64,000 bases of DNA from Squalus acanthias (GCA_030390025.1 CM059446.1:44082001-44146000); one strand, 5' to 3'. Shown: positions 1-13,726, counted from the stretch's first letter. The notes: generated from the letters alone by a model not told the origin. Program-made: numbers and translations.

Positions 1-124
1 CTGGGAGCAGATTCCTGAAGGAATTAGTGATCTGGAGCTAGCAAAAAAACTGCAGGAAGAAGAAGACAGACGAGCATCCCAGTTCTACCATGAACAGGAA
101 CAGGCGGCTGCAGCTCAAAGTCAG
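1..124 (+). CDS. MINDY2: MINDY2 (FAM63B) K48 deubiquitinase, penultimate coding exon (5' truncated by window), MIU motif region
   Basis: Frame from nt 2 reads WEQIPEGISDLELAKKLQEEEDRRASQFYHEQEQAAAAQSQ, recognisable as the MINDY2 C-terminal region; ends at CAG|gtaatg donor, phase 0. Confidence 0.93.
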
Positions 125-174
125 GTAATGACCTTTTACCAAGTGGAAAACAATTTATAATCAATGCTTTGATC

Positions 175-640
175 AGTCTCGAGGGAGGATATTGTTGCTC
201 TTGAGAGGGTCCAGAAGCGAGCAACAAAGCTGATTCCAGGTATCAGGACGTTAAATTATGGCAAAAGATTACAGAACTTGGGCTTGTTTCTTTGAAAAGA
301 GACTTTGTTGGAACTTCAGGATTACGAAGGGAATTAGACAATTGATCTGAGCAAATTGTCCAATATGGGTGAAGGGTTCAAAAAACGGAGCAAAGTTAAA
401 AATGAGTAAGTTGTGAATAAGAAGGGTACTCTGGCAGAATGTTTTACCCAAAAGATCATAGCTGTGAAAAAGTTACTAGAGAAAAGCCTTGAATCAGATT
501 GTATAAAAAGCATCAAGGGACAGTTGGATGCATTTCTGGAGAAAGAAGGCATTGGAGGATAATCTAATGCAGGTCAACAAGTTTGAGGTATGAAAAAGGA
601 ACATGCTTCTTTGACTCCAGTAGCATGTTCCTAAAATTCT
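175..640 (+). mobile_element. Old, degenerate CR1 3' fragment
   Basis: Resembles the CR1 ORF2 C-terminus (LERVQKRATKLIPG..., LGLFSL) and 3' UTR. Confidence 0.65.
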
Positions 641-2475
641 TAAATGATCAACTGTGATTCATTGTAATTGACTAAGTAACGAAAAATACACGAGGTCTCT
701 GTTGTACTACAATATGAAACAAAAACAGTCTTGTTCCCAGGCCTTTTTCCTTTGCTGTTTTTTGAACCTACCACTAGATGGTGTGCAACAAAACCATAGG
801 CTGGCTGGACTGTTGTGATCTTGCTTCCCTTGCCTCCTGAGTTGGTATCTGTGTACCCAGTTGAGTTGATAGCAGTAATTCCACATTGGAAATCACAAGG
901 GTGTACTGACTTCCTTTTATTTACTATTCAGTACACTGATGTGGTGCACCATAGTGAGTGTCATGAGCTTTCGAGAAAATTGCTTTCTGATCAATGAACT
1001 TTTCCAGTGTTGCATATGTAGTCAAATTATTTAGATATATAAAGCTTTAAATTTCACAGGATTAGTGTGAATTAAAATGCATAAAGCTTAAGGTTTATTT
1101 CCTTTCACAAGCTAAAATATCAGGGAATAGAATAACACAAAAAAAACATGGATTGAAAAAGGACTCTTCCATCCCAGCAGTGCTGCCACTTCCGCAGTGG
1201 ACATGCAGTCCACCTCATCGTGAACTCAACATTTAATCTCCTGAGGAAACTGTCTGTACAAATGCTCCCTTTCCTCTTAATGTTAATCAAGTGAACTCCA
1301 GAATATCTATCCACTTCCACATCTCCCTATTTTAACCCTAGCCAGCAGCTCACCGTGGATGATTCTCTCCCAAGCTTCACAAGAATCACCGTGCTTGATG
1401 GAATATTTGAGCAACTAGTTTATACTTGTATCTATCCGTATAACCTGCAATCCTATTTCCAACCAGATATTGATCCAACTCTTTCCTTGAAGGAATGAAT
1501 GAATCAATCAAGCATCAACTTCTTTTGCTGAGGTCTATTCTGCAGAATCTTCATTCTAGGAGGAATAAACATTCTTCTAACCTTTAGTCTGAAAGTGAAA
1601 GAAAAGGCTAATGAAGTAGTAGATAATCCCACTGCCATATTGCACACCCAGAGCTTTAATCAAAATCTAAAAGTAGCGGAGCACAGCAATTAGTGAAACG
1701 CCTCGAATTATTGTGGAATACACAGCAACGTGCTGAAGAACTGAGAGCTGGGTTATCGAGAGTAAGTTTGCACAGCACCCTTTACAATGGACAAATCGTT
1801 CAATTGTAGTTGACTCAGCATGTGCATTATTAAAAACAAGCATCGGAAAAGCTTTCTTTACATTTAATGCTTTTACAGAGGACTATTACTGTAAAATTAT
1901 TAATTTCTCTTTTACCCCCGCCCCAGTCTTTTGTATTTGCACCTGTTCTGGTAGAGATATTCTGAGACCTACTCCAGGCCTCTTCCGTTCCCACTCTGTA
2001 GGCATTTTCCAGGAGGGACTTGTGGAGAACTGATTTATTTTTGTGGGAAGCCTGTGTAGATTATCCATTTTAATGTTACTCTACTTTATGTAGCAGCTCC
2101 AACTGAGGTTGGGAACAGATTGAATGTTGAAGAAATGTAATCATTTTAAGAACTTTTTTCTACTTTTTCTTCTCTTGGAAGGACATTTTGATCACTGGGT
2201 TCTCCACAATCCTCATCCACAACAATCTGATCAGCCAAGCAGCAGCATTCTTCGATTGGGCGGGATTGGTCCTTTAACCACAAAGACCCATTTCCCAAAA
2301 ACTAGCAAAACCATGTGGCGGAAGTTTGAATGCTTGTTAAGGATAGGAGTTGAACTTGGGCTGTAGGTTCAGGTTTAGTGTTGTGCTAAAATGACTGTTC
2401 CTTTTCAGCATTTAGTTATAATGTGATTTTAAATAATTTTAATTTTGTGTGTATGTTTTTCTTCTAAAATTCCAG

Positions 2476-2586
2476 GAAGGGCAACAATCACAGGCAGCAG
2501 CTGCTGGAAGACAGCCTGGGGCCACTGAACGGAAACAGCGCAAGGAACCAAGAGAAAAAGAAAAGGACAAGTGTATTCTCTTGTGA
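2476..2586 (+). CDS. MINDY2: MINDY2 last coding exon, ending in CaaX box
   Basis: ttccag| acceptor; phase 0 gives EGQQSQAAAAGRQPGATERKQRKEPREKEKDKCILL*, resembling the human MINDY2 tail (RKEPREK...C-a-a-L). Confidence 0.93.
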   Translation, partial: EGQQSQAAAAGRQPGATERKQRKEPREKEKDKCILL

Positions 2587-5500
2587 TGGGGGTTGGATTT
2601 TACCAGAAACTAAGTGCATAACCCTTAAAAGAACCCGGTGATATGCCGTCTGTGCCTGATCCCTAATTGTTCATATTTTGAGAAGTGGAAGGATGACTTC
2701 TTTGATACAGTCGGCCAAACTTTGTTGTATGTTGCACAATGCACTATATTCACAATGGAGTTTCTACGGTATTGATTGATGCCGTTACATTTCATTTGAC
2801 ATAAATCATCGTTTAAAACCTACAAAAAGCACCTTTATATGTAACCGTGAAATCACAATGCCTCTCTTCGTCATTATTTTGCATTAATTAATGCAATCAG
2901 CTAATAAGCTATTTTGGCTAATACTGCCTCAATTTTATTACAGGACAATGATCGGCAGTTTCATGGTTTGTTTAGTTTTAGTTCTCTGCTTACAATAAGT
3001 GACAATAGCTAGAATTTTTTTTAGCTTTCATTAACTGCTACTAGAACTGATTAGTCCAGTGAATTATAGAAAACAAAGGCAAAACATATAAAAATGGTCT
3101 TTCACGTGATGGGTTGTTTAAGATGTGCTAACATATTTTGGTGGGATACAAATGTAGAGCTAGACAATCTTGTGTCCATATGGATGGTCAATTTTTTTCA
3201 TAAGCTGGTTTTGCTGTATGAGCCATAATAACCTGAAGGAATGCAAGGAGACAGGTTAACATTTGACAATAATGCTATCTCTTGCTTCAAGTTTTCTTTT
3301 GAATGAATGTGCTGTGTTTTGCATGGTTTTAAAATTGTTCCAACAAAAGTCACTTTTGGGGAAATGTGTGAAAGTAGACATTTGAAATGTAAAGTATCAG
3401 CAAGTTAGTAAACACAATAACAAGTGAATAAGCTTTGTATTTTGACTAAATATGTTTCTTGGCAAATTAGAAGGTAGTGTTTCAAGGTGGCAATGAGACC
3501 ATAAAGTTGTTGCTAAGATGTGGAAGGTACAAGTCCTGTTGCCAAAACCTTTCTCTCTGCTCGACCAGCAAGTGAAATGCACAACAGCAGCACTCTTTAC
3601 AATGACTTGTATTTCAGTCCTAAATTACTTAACACTCAGTAATTTGCCTAGTCATTATGGTCTTGTATCTTTTCTAATGCCTTCAAATTTATTTGGTCAA
3701 ATATTAGTCAAGCCTGTGTGCAGTAACTAAGTTATTTTTCTAAATGGGACCAATATTCAGAAATGGGGAAATTTTAAAACATTGTTATGATAGAAACACA
3801 ATAACTTTGCTACTGTCACTCGTGGTTTTCGTATATGTCAAACACTTATCCTTCCTTTGGTACGGTAGTAAAATGCTCCAAATATATTGTTCACTGTGAC
3901 ACTGCTGCTGGAACATGTAAGCAGACACTAAACTGTTGATATTGAAGACTGAAGGAAAATTGTCTGAAGGTTCATTTTTATACTGTTGCAGGTCTGCTTC
4001 AGATTATGATTGTCATTCTAATAATGTAGCTGTTTTGTGGATTTTAATACATTGACCAGTTTATTTATTTCAATACCTCTTAGGGCACCCTCAGTTAGAG
4101 TGCTTGAAGCAGGTATACGTAAATGTAACCAGAGGAAGATGTACAATCCTCTGGTAACGGAGAGGGAAGAAAATAAAACATTAAACCTGTTTACTAAGAC
4201 ATAAATATTTATTCATTGTGAAATCATTTGTTAAATTATTGCAAGATAGGCATCCCAGACAATTTGGTTTTTTTTTGGTTTTTAAAAGAATCATGTTGCA
4301 CTTAGAAATTTCCTTTTATTAAGAAGTTCTCTACCCAGAACAGGTATAGTGAACAAGATTGTTTAGGGAGAATTGCATTGAACTGCCCTGCTATGTTGTG
4401 GATTAGCTCACATTTATAGTGCATGATAATTCTAGTAAATCAGACAAATGGTAAATGGTCACACAAATTCTAATGTAATGTTGTATTTGGCTCATTACAA
4501 TATATTGATATTAAAAGCACCAGATATCAACTATGTATAGATCTAATTATTTGCAATCCCGTCCTAGCACTTTTATGCAATTTTTGTTGTAAATTTTCAA
4601 TAGCAAATATTAAATATTTAAACCAGACTGGTACTGAAAGTTACCAGAATAGTACAACTGCCCACCAATAACAGCCCCTTCAGAGCCCATTATAAAATTG
4701 GGAAGTTGTGTTAAAAGTTAAAATCTGGAAGGAGACTGCAGTGGTCTTACAGTGGGGGCTGAGCCTGTGAGTCTTGTGGCGCGAGTGCAAGACTGCTCGT
4801 GGGTTCACATAGTACCTTGACGAGTAACAATCCAGTACATGCACTTGACTGTTTTTAATATTTTTAATGCTTGATATAAGGACAGCTGAAAACAATGCTA
4901 AAAGTCACCTTCTGGACCGAATGTGCTTTAATTATCACTTTGTTTCACACGTTTGTCCATTTATAGGGGATGGGTACAATTAAGCTATTCCGCAAAGCAA
5001 ATGTTGTAGATTATTTTCTGAATGCTTTTCTGAAATTCAGTGCATGCGAGAGCTCAACATTGAACTGAACATCTCATTGTTAAGGAAAAGCTATATGTTG
5101 CCATTTCATCAAGTAGTATATATGATAGAATATTGGCCAGACATTTCAACCATGTTGACCTCCTAACCTTGAAGATTTAATCTCTTAACAGCACCTGTGG
5201 GTATTGGGTTTTGTGTCCTTTCTCTATCGCAATAGGATGCACAATATAGTTAGCACCATAGTGCATGTGTATTTGACCACAATTAACAATGGAAAAGGAA
5301 AATGTAGAACAGAACTTGTTACTTTCAGTAGTTTTTGTTGCACCTTTCTGTTTGTTGCAGAGTCTTTATTTTATGAGACTGATCATTTACCAAAATACTT
5401 GTGAAGGGTTTTTTATATACATTGTGAAACAGGATGTATATGTTTTCAAGTCGGCTCTCTGTAACTTCCTTTAAATGTCTTCTGGATTACAGCTACTATA

Positions 5501-6725
5501 ACACTTGCTTTTGTATGCCTATATTGTTACAAGTCCTGCATTTTTGGGAGTCTCTGCCTTATGGTAGATTCTCATTACAAAACATTCAGTTCATTTATAT
5601 ATTTGTGACCAAACATGTATGTAGCATACTGCCTTAATGTGTGTTATATACTTGTTAGTGTGGATCATGTGAGTTTTGATAATCTCCTGTCCTACTTTCT
5701 TAAGTGGCACAAAATATCTTAATTGGCACTATAAGAAGTACTTGTAAAGAAAGCTTTCTATGGAACAGAGGCGTAACTTTCTTCAGTTCATATTTTTGGT
5801 ATTAAATGACTGAAGTTCGACAAAATAGTTAATTCTTTACTGTCTGCATCTTGTTATTCTGTTGTGCGGTTTGGGACAAATGGGAGGAGACAGCAGCATA
5901 TTGTGCCATAAGAATTTTTTCTTAAGTTCCATGTCTGCAAATAAGCCTACAGTGATAGATTTGATGCTTTGTTTGTATTTTGTTCATTTAAGATGCATTA
6001 AATTCTTTTTTTTGACAATCCTGGCGTAGCAACTGTGAGGAAGGTTTTGCTAATAGAATTTCTAGGTTTTTGAAATCTTAAAATAGGGGGAAAAAAAGGC
6101 ATCACATGTTAGTTAAATGATGTAAACAGGAAAAAATAATCAATGATCTGTAGAAAACTGAACCAAAGTGTTTAAAATGAGGGAATATTTGTGAAAATTG
6201 ACATGGAAATAGGTGTACAAATGAGATGGAACATCAGTGCTGTGGACTTGGGGGAGTCAAAATTGTTATAAGCCACTGCCCACACTTTATACTTGCAGAA
6301 TTACTGATGTTTACACCTTCAAATAAATCTATTGGCTAACATGCCTCATTACAGAGCTTCTTGCTGTGTATTTGGCATAGAATGAGCATGAAATGCTAAA
6401 TAGCAAGTTGTATCAGATAGTCTCAAGTAAATTTGTGCAAGGAATTTTAGGAAATGGTATACTGTGACCAAATCAGCTTTACCAGCTGAACTGTACACCC
6501 ATTAGTGCCTAGATAACCATCAAAAAGAGTAAAATGTGGCTTTATTTGCAGTTTTACAAGTGAAACATTACTGGAATCGTGTTACATTGGAGCATACAAC
6601 TTTGGGTGATTGTCTTTAATTTATTTGGTACCAATTAGTGCAAAGACTTCTGTTGTTGCAGAAGGATGATGTTGAAATTGGTAAAACACCAAACTAAAAT
6701 AAAAACACATTTCTTGCAATGACCT
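2587..6725 (+). other. MINDY2: MINDY2 long 3' UTR (approximate end)
   Basis: AT-rich stretch with no recognised interspersed repeat after the stop; AATAAA at 4172-4177 and 6698-6703, the latter followed by a GT/T-rich tract. Repeats resume at about 6770. Confidence 0.55.
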
Positions 6726-9700
6726 TTGTGTTTGGCATTATTTCATTCTAACAGTATTTTTTGAACAATTACAACCGCCTTTAATGTAGGGAAACGTCCC
6801 AAGGCGCTTCAAATGAACATAATTATAAAATTGATCACGAGGCAAAGGAAGAGATATTGGGGCAGGTGACTAAAACCTTGGTCAAAGACGTATGTTTTAA
6901 AGGAGCAAAAGGTGAAGAGACGGAGAAATTTAGGGAAGGAATTACGGAGTTTAGGGCCTTGAAGGCTGAAGGCATAGCTGCCTTCAACAACAGTTGCATA
7001 TGTGGTGGCTTAAGAGTTCTTGAGGCCTGTGGGTATGAGGCTATTATCGGGGGTTGTCGTAAAATACATAATTAACAGGTAGATGCAGAGATTAATTTTG
7101 GGGGGTTTATTTTCCAGCTTCCTGCTCTCATTTCCTGAAGGTGCTGATTTTTGCTGCAGTATAATTCCACTCTCAGCCTTCCAATACCTCAACATTCTTC
7201 AGGTATGAACTTAGACTGAGTGTTGGTCGGGTTGTTCTGCCATTGTTGAGCCTTGACCCTGTCCACATGTGCATACTTTACAGGAGGGGAGACTGGATAG
7301 TGATGACTGGGAATCCTGTCTGTTTTTTTCCTCCGCCTCAGCCCAGACCTCCTACACCACTCTTCCAACCACATGTACAGTTGCTTAATTTTCCGTTGCC
7401 TCTAAAACATAATGCATGGCACATGTTGGTTTTCAAGAATACCCCAGGTCATGTTTTTTTAGCTTTCTAATTGGCTTAATTTTCTTGTGCAAGATCCATT
7501 TCTTTATCCTACCAAAGTCCTTAGTTCTCACATTAACTATAGCCACTGGCTGCTCACCCAGTCCACTCAAAAAAGTCTATGCTCCTTGATGTCCTTTACA
7601 CTGGCTCCATGAGGCAACAGTTTTGGCCAGACATACTTGCTTATTTCCCAATCAATTACCCTTCCTTTTCTCACTGTCTTCCCCCCCAACCCAAAGTTAT
7701 ATCATATTCTGTGGTTCACACTGTCTCTGCCAACCTTTCCTTGAGAAACCTCCAGGGATTAATCCTCAACTAACCTCTCCGGTTCCAGACTGGAGGAGTT
7801 TGCTGGTATCAGCCCCAAAACCCTTTTCCTCCTGGCTACACCTTCTGCTCCCTTTCTTCTTCCCATCACATGCCCTCGGATGTTCTTTCTGCAGCTTCTA
7901 GTCCCAGTGTTAAATTAAAGATTAAGTCAGGTCTAGGTGGCATTGTAAATAGCTTATCGAAGAAATTATTAGCCTTAAGAATCTTGATTAATGCTTTTTA
8001 ATGTCTCAGCTGTAGTTCTTCTCATGAGGAGTGGGGGAATAGGATGGAAAGTCTCCCAGGGCCACTTGCAGGCTCCTTTTACTGGCTGGGAAATAGTGTT
8101 GGTGAGGAGGGGAGTGCAGAGTTCTGTATTTGCTTGCCATCATGCTTGTTTTATGTTTATTATAACTAACAGCAGAGAGTAACATGTACAAACATTTGCA
8201 GCAACATTCCAGTTTCCTCATATGCAGGGATGCTCTGAATTTGGGTGGGAAACAGATGTAGTGGCCTCCTCCCAGTCAATACTGTTTGGTATATTTTACA
8301 AAAAAGACCTTGTTGCAGTAAAATGGTACGGGTTGGTGTACAGCTGTTATAGTTAAAAGGCTTTGCATCACATAAATAACTGAATTTTACATCAGAGGGA
8401 GGCCATTAGGCCCATCAAGCCTGTCTGTTCTGTAAAGCTATCCACTTGGTCTCAATCCCTGCCCTTTAAATGTTTTCTTTATAGAATATACAGTTGCTTT
8501 AAGTCTTGTTAAATTGTTTTCTTTTGGAAAAGCACATCAATACCACCCCATGTGCTTCCACAATTGAAGGTAAATAAATATGAAGGGGGTAGGTTGTGAT
8601 GTATTTACTTTAAATTTTTATACATTTAAGATTACAAATACGTATCACAACGAGATGGGTCACCAAGTAAAAATAAGTACAATTCATTGCAATAGTACCT
8701 TTTTGGTACGAAAGGAATAAACTGATTATTATTGCTGTGACACTATCTGATACAGGTTTGGAAAGCACATTTAAGACTTTCTAAATATCTGAAGATGTCA
8801 TCAGACTCGTGTGGGACTTTGAGTGGTGGGCAAAACCCCTTTTGATCCAGAACGGACCAGGTAATAAGAGAATAGAATGTTTTCATTTTGCATGCTCTTT
8901 CATGTGGACATAGTCAAAAATGTAACTTCAAAATATGGGATAATGGAAATAAAAACATGACATACATTTTTTTAGCCTCCACCTCCCAAAATGTTTAGAA
9001 GAAAATTTAAAAAAATCTTGTATTTACAAAAATGGTACAACTGGGCCTTTGTTGTTTCTGCAATTTCTGAAGCTTCCTGAGTGATCTGCAGACAAGTTTT
9101 ATATTGTCAAATCAGCTTACTGATATTTAGGTCATATGCTTTAATCTAGTTAATTTTCTGTTTTATAAGTGTGCCACGGTAATAGAAATTTATGGAAAAG
9201 GAGGCAGCCATTCAGCCCATCATTTCTGTGCTGGGCGAAAAAGAGCTATCTTGCCGAATGCCACTTTTAAATAGACATTTTCATTAAGTGGTATGTTACA
9301 AGGGATTTAATTGTTATTGTACATCAATTATCGCTTCAAAAAGTCTGTGCTGCAGGAGCCTTGAACATTAAACACCTTTAATCCGCAGCTGCTTCACCTC
9401 ATTCAAATTAATTCTGAATTGACCCCCTTGCTGTTTTTCATTTCAGAGCATTTTTTTTTTATATAGATAGTACAAGACCAAGTGTCTGTTTATATGAATT
9501 ATCTACATTAGAAAAAATGTGGGTAGTTTGAGGTATAGTGCACAATATACAAGGTGATTCTCAGATCTACCATCAATTTTCAACTGAATCTTAGTGAGAC
9601 ATTCTAGTGCTGCAATTGAAAGTAATTACTGCTGGGCAGCTTGCTGAATTCAGACAAATGTAAAGGAAGTCACTTCTATGCTGCTGTTCCACAATTCTCA

Positions 9701-9939
9701 GCAGCCATTTAAGGTTGAGATGGACACTGGCTGGTTGCTGCTTTCTTTACTGAGGGCAAGAGCGAGTGAGGTAGGGCAGATAATAAGACATCATAATTTC
9801 ACTTGTAATTTTATCTGTACCATTGGATTTAGCCTTTCTGCCACGTGCTTTAATTGTGAATCTCAAATTGGGAAGCAATCTCACTTAAACATTTTACTGT
9901 ATATGCAATAAGCATCAAAAGCATGATGGTTGGGGTGTC

Positions 9940-10185
9940 CAGGGCTGGGGGATATAGCCTAAAAGTTACAGCTAGGAAACACTTTTACATGCAAAGGGAG
10001 ATAGAAGTTTTGAACTCTTCTGCAAATGACAGTTGATGTGACATCAACTTTAAATCTAAAAGATAGTTTTTTGTTAACCTAAGGTATTAAGGGATATGGG
10101 GCAAAGTTGGTACATAGGTCACAGATCAGCTATGATCTCATTGAATGGTGGAACTAGCTCAATGGCCTCCTTTTGTTCCTATGAA
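9940..10185 (+). mobile_element. CR1 3' fragment
   Basis: GGTATTAAGGGATATGGGGCAAAG...GATCAGCTATGATCTCATTGAATGGTGGA...ATGGCCTCCT...TGTTCCTATG, a CR1-type 3' end. Confidence 0.7.
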
Positions 10186-11189
10186 TTGTACCCCTGAATT
10201 ACTAATCAAACAATTTAAAGGATTCTAGATGTTACATGAAAATACAAGGTAAACATTAAAATGTCAATGCAATTGGCATTGTTTCACAAATGCTTTGCAG
10301 AAATGTTAAATGTTTCCATTTTGTGCTGAGTTTAACAATGCTCAGTTCCTTTTGCCACTTAAACAAGGATTAAACCACTAGATGGTGCTAGTATGCTAAT
10401 AGCAGCCGTGAGGGTGAATCATAGAAATGTTCAGCCATTTGGTGTAATTTCATTAAATCATTTTGAAAAGAGTTTAGGATCTTAGCTTTGCGGGTGGGGA
10501 AAAGGGACTATTTAATGAGATCCTTTACCAAACAGCTGCTCTGTAGCCCCATTTCTTTTATCTGGTCTGCAAAGGAAAAGGTACCCAACCCTAGGACTAT
10601 GGAAAGCAGAATGTGTACATGTCTTCATACTACAGCAGTAATTCTGATTTTTCATTTTCCAAGTAGATATGGAAACATAACTGCAGAGGCATCATATCCA
10701 CCTTCCTCCACTCACTTGTAAGGGTGTAATCTAGTATCTCCAACAGATAACAAACACCTACTAAAGCAATTACACAAACCATCTAGGTAATGACAACCTA
10801 CTTCTAGGAAAGACAAATATACCAACAGAATTCTACAAGTGATGGATAAGTTTTAAGTTCTGAAGCAAACCCAAGAGATCTACACCGCATGAGGCGGTAC
10901 CTAACCATATATATTATTAGGTTTGATCGGTTGTCAGTGCTACATTAATTGGTTGCAGCTTTGGTGGAGGGAGAGGTAAAGATAGATTTGCTGCTGCTGG
11001 TCACTGATTATATCTGCTATTAAGATTTATAGGGTTATAAATGGAAGATTAATCAATTCCACCAGGGGTTTCACAACCACAATGCACCCATATGTAGGTG
11101 GTCAATGTGATTCCACCTCCAACTGGGTGCATTCTATGGTTGTGAAATTGCCTGATGGAAATAATAAATCTTCTAACCCCTGATAATAC

Positions 11190-11450
11190 TTTACATGTAA
11201 CAACACCACCTGCAAGTTCCCCCTCCAGGTCACACACCATCCTGACTTGGAAATATATCACCGTTCCTTTATCATTGCTGGGTCAAAATCCTGGAACTCC
11301 CTCCCCAACAGCAGTGTGGGTGGACCTTCACTTCACAGTGCAGTATTTCAAAAAGTCAGCTCCACCACTTTCTCAAGGGCAATTAGGAATGAACAATAAA
11401 TGCTGGCCTTGCCAGTGATGCCCACATCCTGTGAATGAAAAAAACAAAAA
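11190..11450 (+). mobile_element. LINE 3' end fragment, same family as 48560-50285
   Basis: Shares GGGTCAAAATCCTGGAACTCCCT...TGGCCTTGCCAGTGATGCCCACATCC..GAATGAA(A)n with 50116-50284. Confidence 0.75.
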
Positions 11451-11599
11451 ATATCTTCAGCCATCTGGTGAGATCAAGTACCATGCTCTAAAATAGTCAT
11501 GATCCTTTAGTGGAATGCAGGGACTGGGCAGGAGGGGTTGAGGAAGCAGGGCTATGCCATCCTCTTTCTGGGCAAATATGTCACTGTTTAATTTCAGAG

Positions 11600-12205
11600 C
11601 AAGATGCAACAGCTCCCTAAGGAACCCTTACTACTTTTATATAACCCTGCATCAGGACAAGACCTTTGGCAGTTGGCCTATTCCTATCCCATGACCTCTA
11701 CCCCCCAAAAGGACAATAGCACTATTATGGGAACAGCGTCCAAGTTTCCTTCCAAGTACACACCATCCCAACTTGGATGTACATTGACATTCCTTCATTG
11801 TTATTGGGTCAAAATCCTGGAATTCCAAGTACCATCACAAGGGCTGTCACTAATCATAGAAACTAGGAGCAGGAGTAGGCCATTCGGCCCGTCGAGCCTG
11901 CTCCACCATTCAATACGATCATGGCTGATCATCCAAATCCAGTACCCTGTCCCTGCTTTCTCACACAGAATCCCCATCGAGCCTGCACCGACAGATATCC
12001 CACCCTATCCCCGTAACCCCATGTATTTAATTCCCCCTAACATATCCCATCCTATCCCCGTAACCCCACATATTTAATCACCCCCCCTAACACTAAGGGT
12101 CAATTTATCATAGCCAAACCAACCTAACCCACACATTTTTGGACTGGTGGCTTCCCATCAGCTTAAGGCAATTACCTGTGTAGCCCACAGTCGCTGAACA
12201 AATTA
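11600..12205. mobile_element. LINE 3' fragment (+) interrupted by a minus-strand CR1-tailed V-SINE/HE1-like fragment (about 11853-12146)
   Basis: GGGTCAAAATCCTGGAA at 11806 matches the family above. The insert has the reversed CR1 tail (AGGAGTAGGCCATTCGGCCC), a V-domain-like GCCAAACCAACCTAACCCACACATTTTTGGACTG and an internal duplication of about 36 bp. Confidence 0.6.
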
Positions 12206-12674
12206 AAAGCATTCTCATACCCAATTCCTTACTTATAGGGGGAATCCAAGTTCTGGCTTAGTCAATCTGTTTCATTAATTCCACCCAACATCATTGCTAA
12301 GAGGCTAAATGCATTTGAAGATGCCTATGCAAGTGTTCTTTTCCTCTACGTGTTCAGATGCTTGGACTCATTGATCTGGAATGATGGCAGTTAATCACAG
12401 AAATGCTACTGGAACTTAACATCTCCAAAGCAACAGAGAACCTCAAAAGTTGGACATGTGATGCAATTTAACACACTTCTAAATTTAGAAACAAAATTTT
12501 CACTCGAGAATCACTTAAAACATAATTTGAGATGCATATAACCCTTTAAATAGCTCAACAGAAACTCATTGATGTGCACGAGATCAAATAACAATTTACT
12601 GTTTGTGATCCAAGATATTAAAAAAACCAGATGAAGTGGAAGGGGGGAACAGAAGAAAAAAGTGACATTTAACT

Positions 12675-13726
12675 CCAAGTAACTGTCATGAAGATTTATT
12701 CCAAAATGCAAGAATACATCTTCCCAGCATCAGTACCACATTTATACATGTGAACTTGTAAAGAACAACCTTTCTTTGAAAAAAAATATTTCCGATATTT
12801 TAAACGGTTGCTGGTAAATGTAGAAAAGAATTAATTGTCAATAAATACAAGCACTATTTTGCAAAAGGGGGAACCCCCCCGTGCATTAATGTTCAACATT
12901 TGAATGTTCACTGGCTAGTGGTCACTGTAGAAAGGGTTAACTACATCACTACAGATAGGTGACATTTGTGCAATTCACTGCTATAAAACATTGTGAATAA
13001 TCTAGTTTTGAGACTGTACAGTGGAGCCTCAATTAGGTGCTTCCATTATCTGCATTCTCACTTATTCATGAGATTGCAATTATAGGTTTTTGAATTAATT
13101 TTTTCAGATTTCTTGATTCAGCTGGCTAAGTAGGTAACTAGGTATCCAGTATTTGGTGGAATTTACTATCCACACAGCTGATGTCTAGGAGGCAGGAGAC
13201 TAATGGAATCAAGGCTGCCAGCATTCATTAAGAGTGTTCATTTTTTTTTTTTTACAAACAGAAAAGCTTGGGTGTTATCTTCATGGGCTAGGAGCTTGAT
13301 TAGGCCATCCAAAAAGATACATCAGAAGCTAAAACCTCACTATACGACTAAGTATAAGGGACTTCCAAACATCGAATTTCCATTATCCATGGGGAAGATT
13401 CCCACCTACCCCTCCAGCAGCAGATAATTGGGGTTCCACTGCCAAGTTCTCCCCAGTACAAGACATTTACACACAATCAGATTGAAAAAGCAAGACCGGT
13501 TTATTTTACTTCATTTTCAATAGCTGTAGTGCTAAAGAAAAAAAATAAAACATTAGTAAGTCAGTCAGTCACAAAACCATTTTCTAAAAAAAAACAGACC
13601 TAATAACATGTCTGTAGAACAGGAAAAACACTTGAAAAGATAGCTGGTTGTACAGATTGAATAAGACTACCAAGTACAGACAAATCTCAAAACAAAAAAA
13701 GACCAACTGCTACAAACATTTGTACA
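12675..13726 (-). other. SLTM: SLTM 3' UTR with two candidate polyA signals
   Basis: Minus-strand AATAAA (plus TTTATT) at 13500-13505 and 12695-12700; end approximate. Confidence 0.6.
13019..13441. mobile_element. Tc1/mariner (Tigger/pogo-like) MITE in the SLTM 3' UTR
   Basis: Terminal inverted repeats CAGTGGAGCCTCAATTA / TAATTGGGGTTCCACTG (15/17 match); TA immediately to the left. Confidence 0.65.

Noticed and set aside
11604-12077. 157-aa + strand ORF
   Set aside because: Chimeric reading through a LINE fragment and an antisense SINE.
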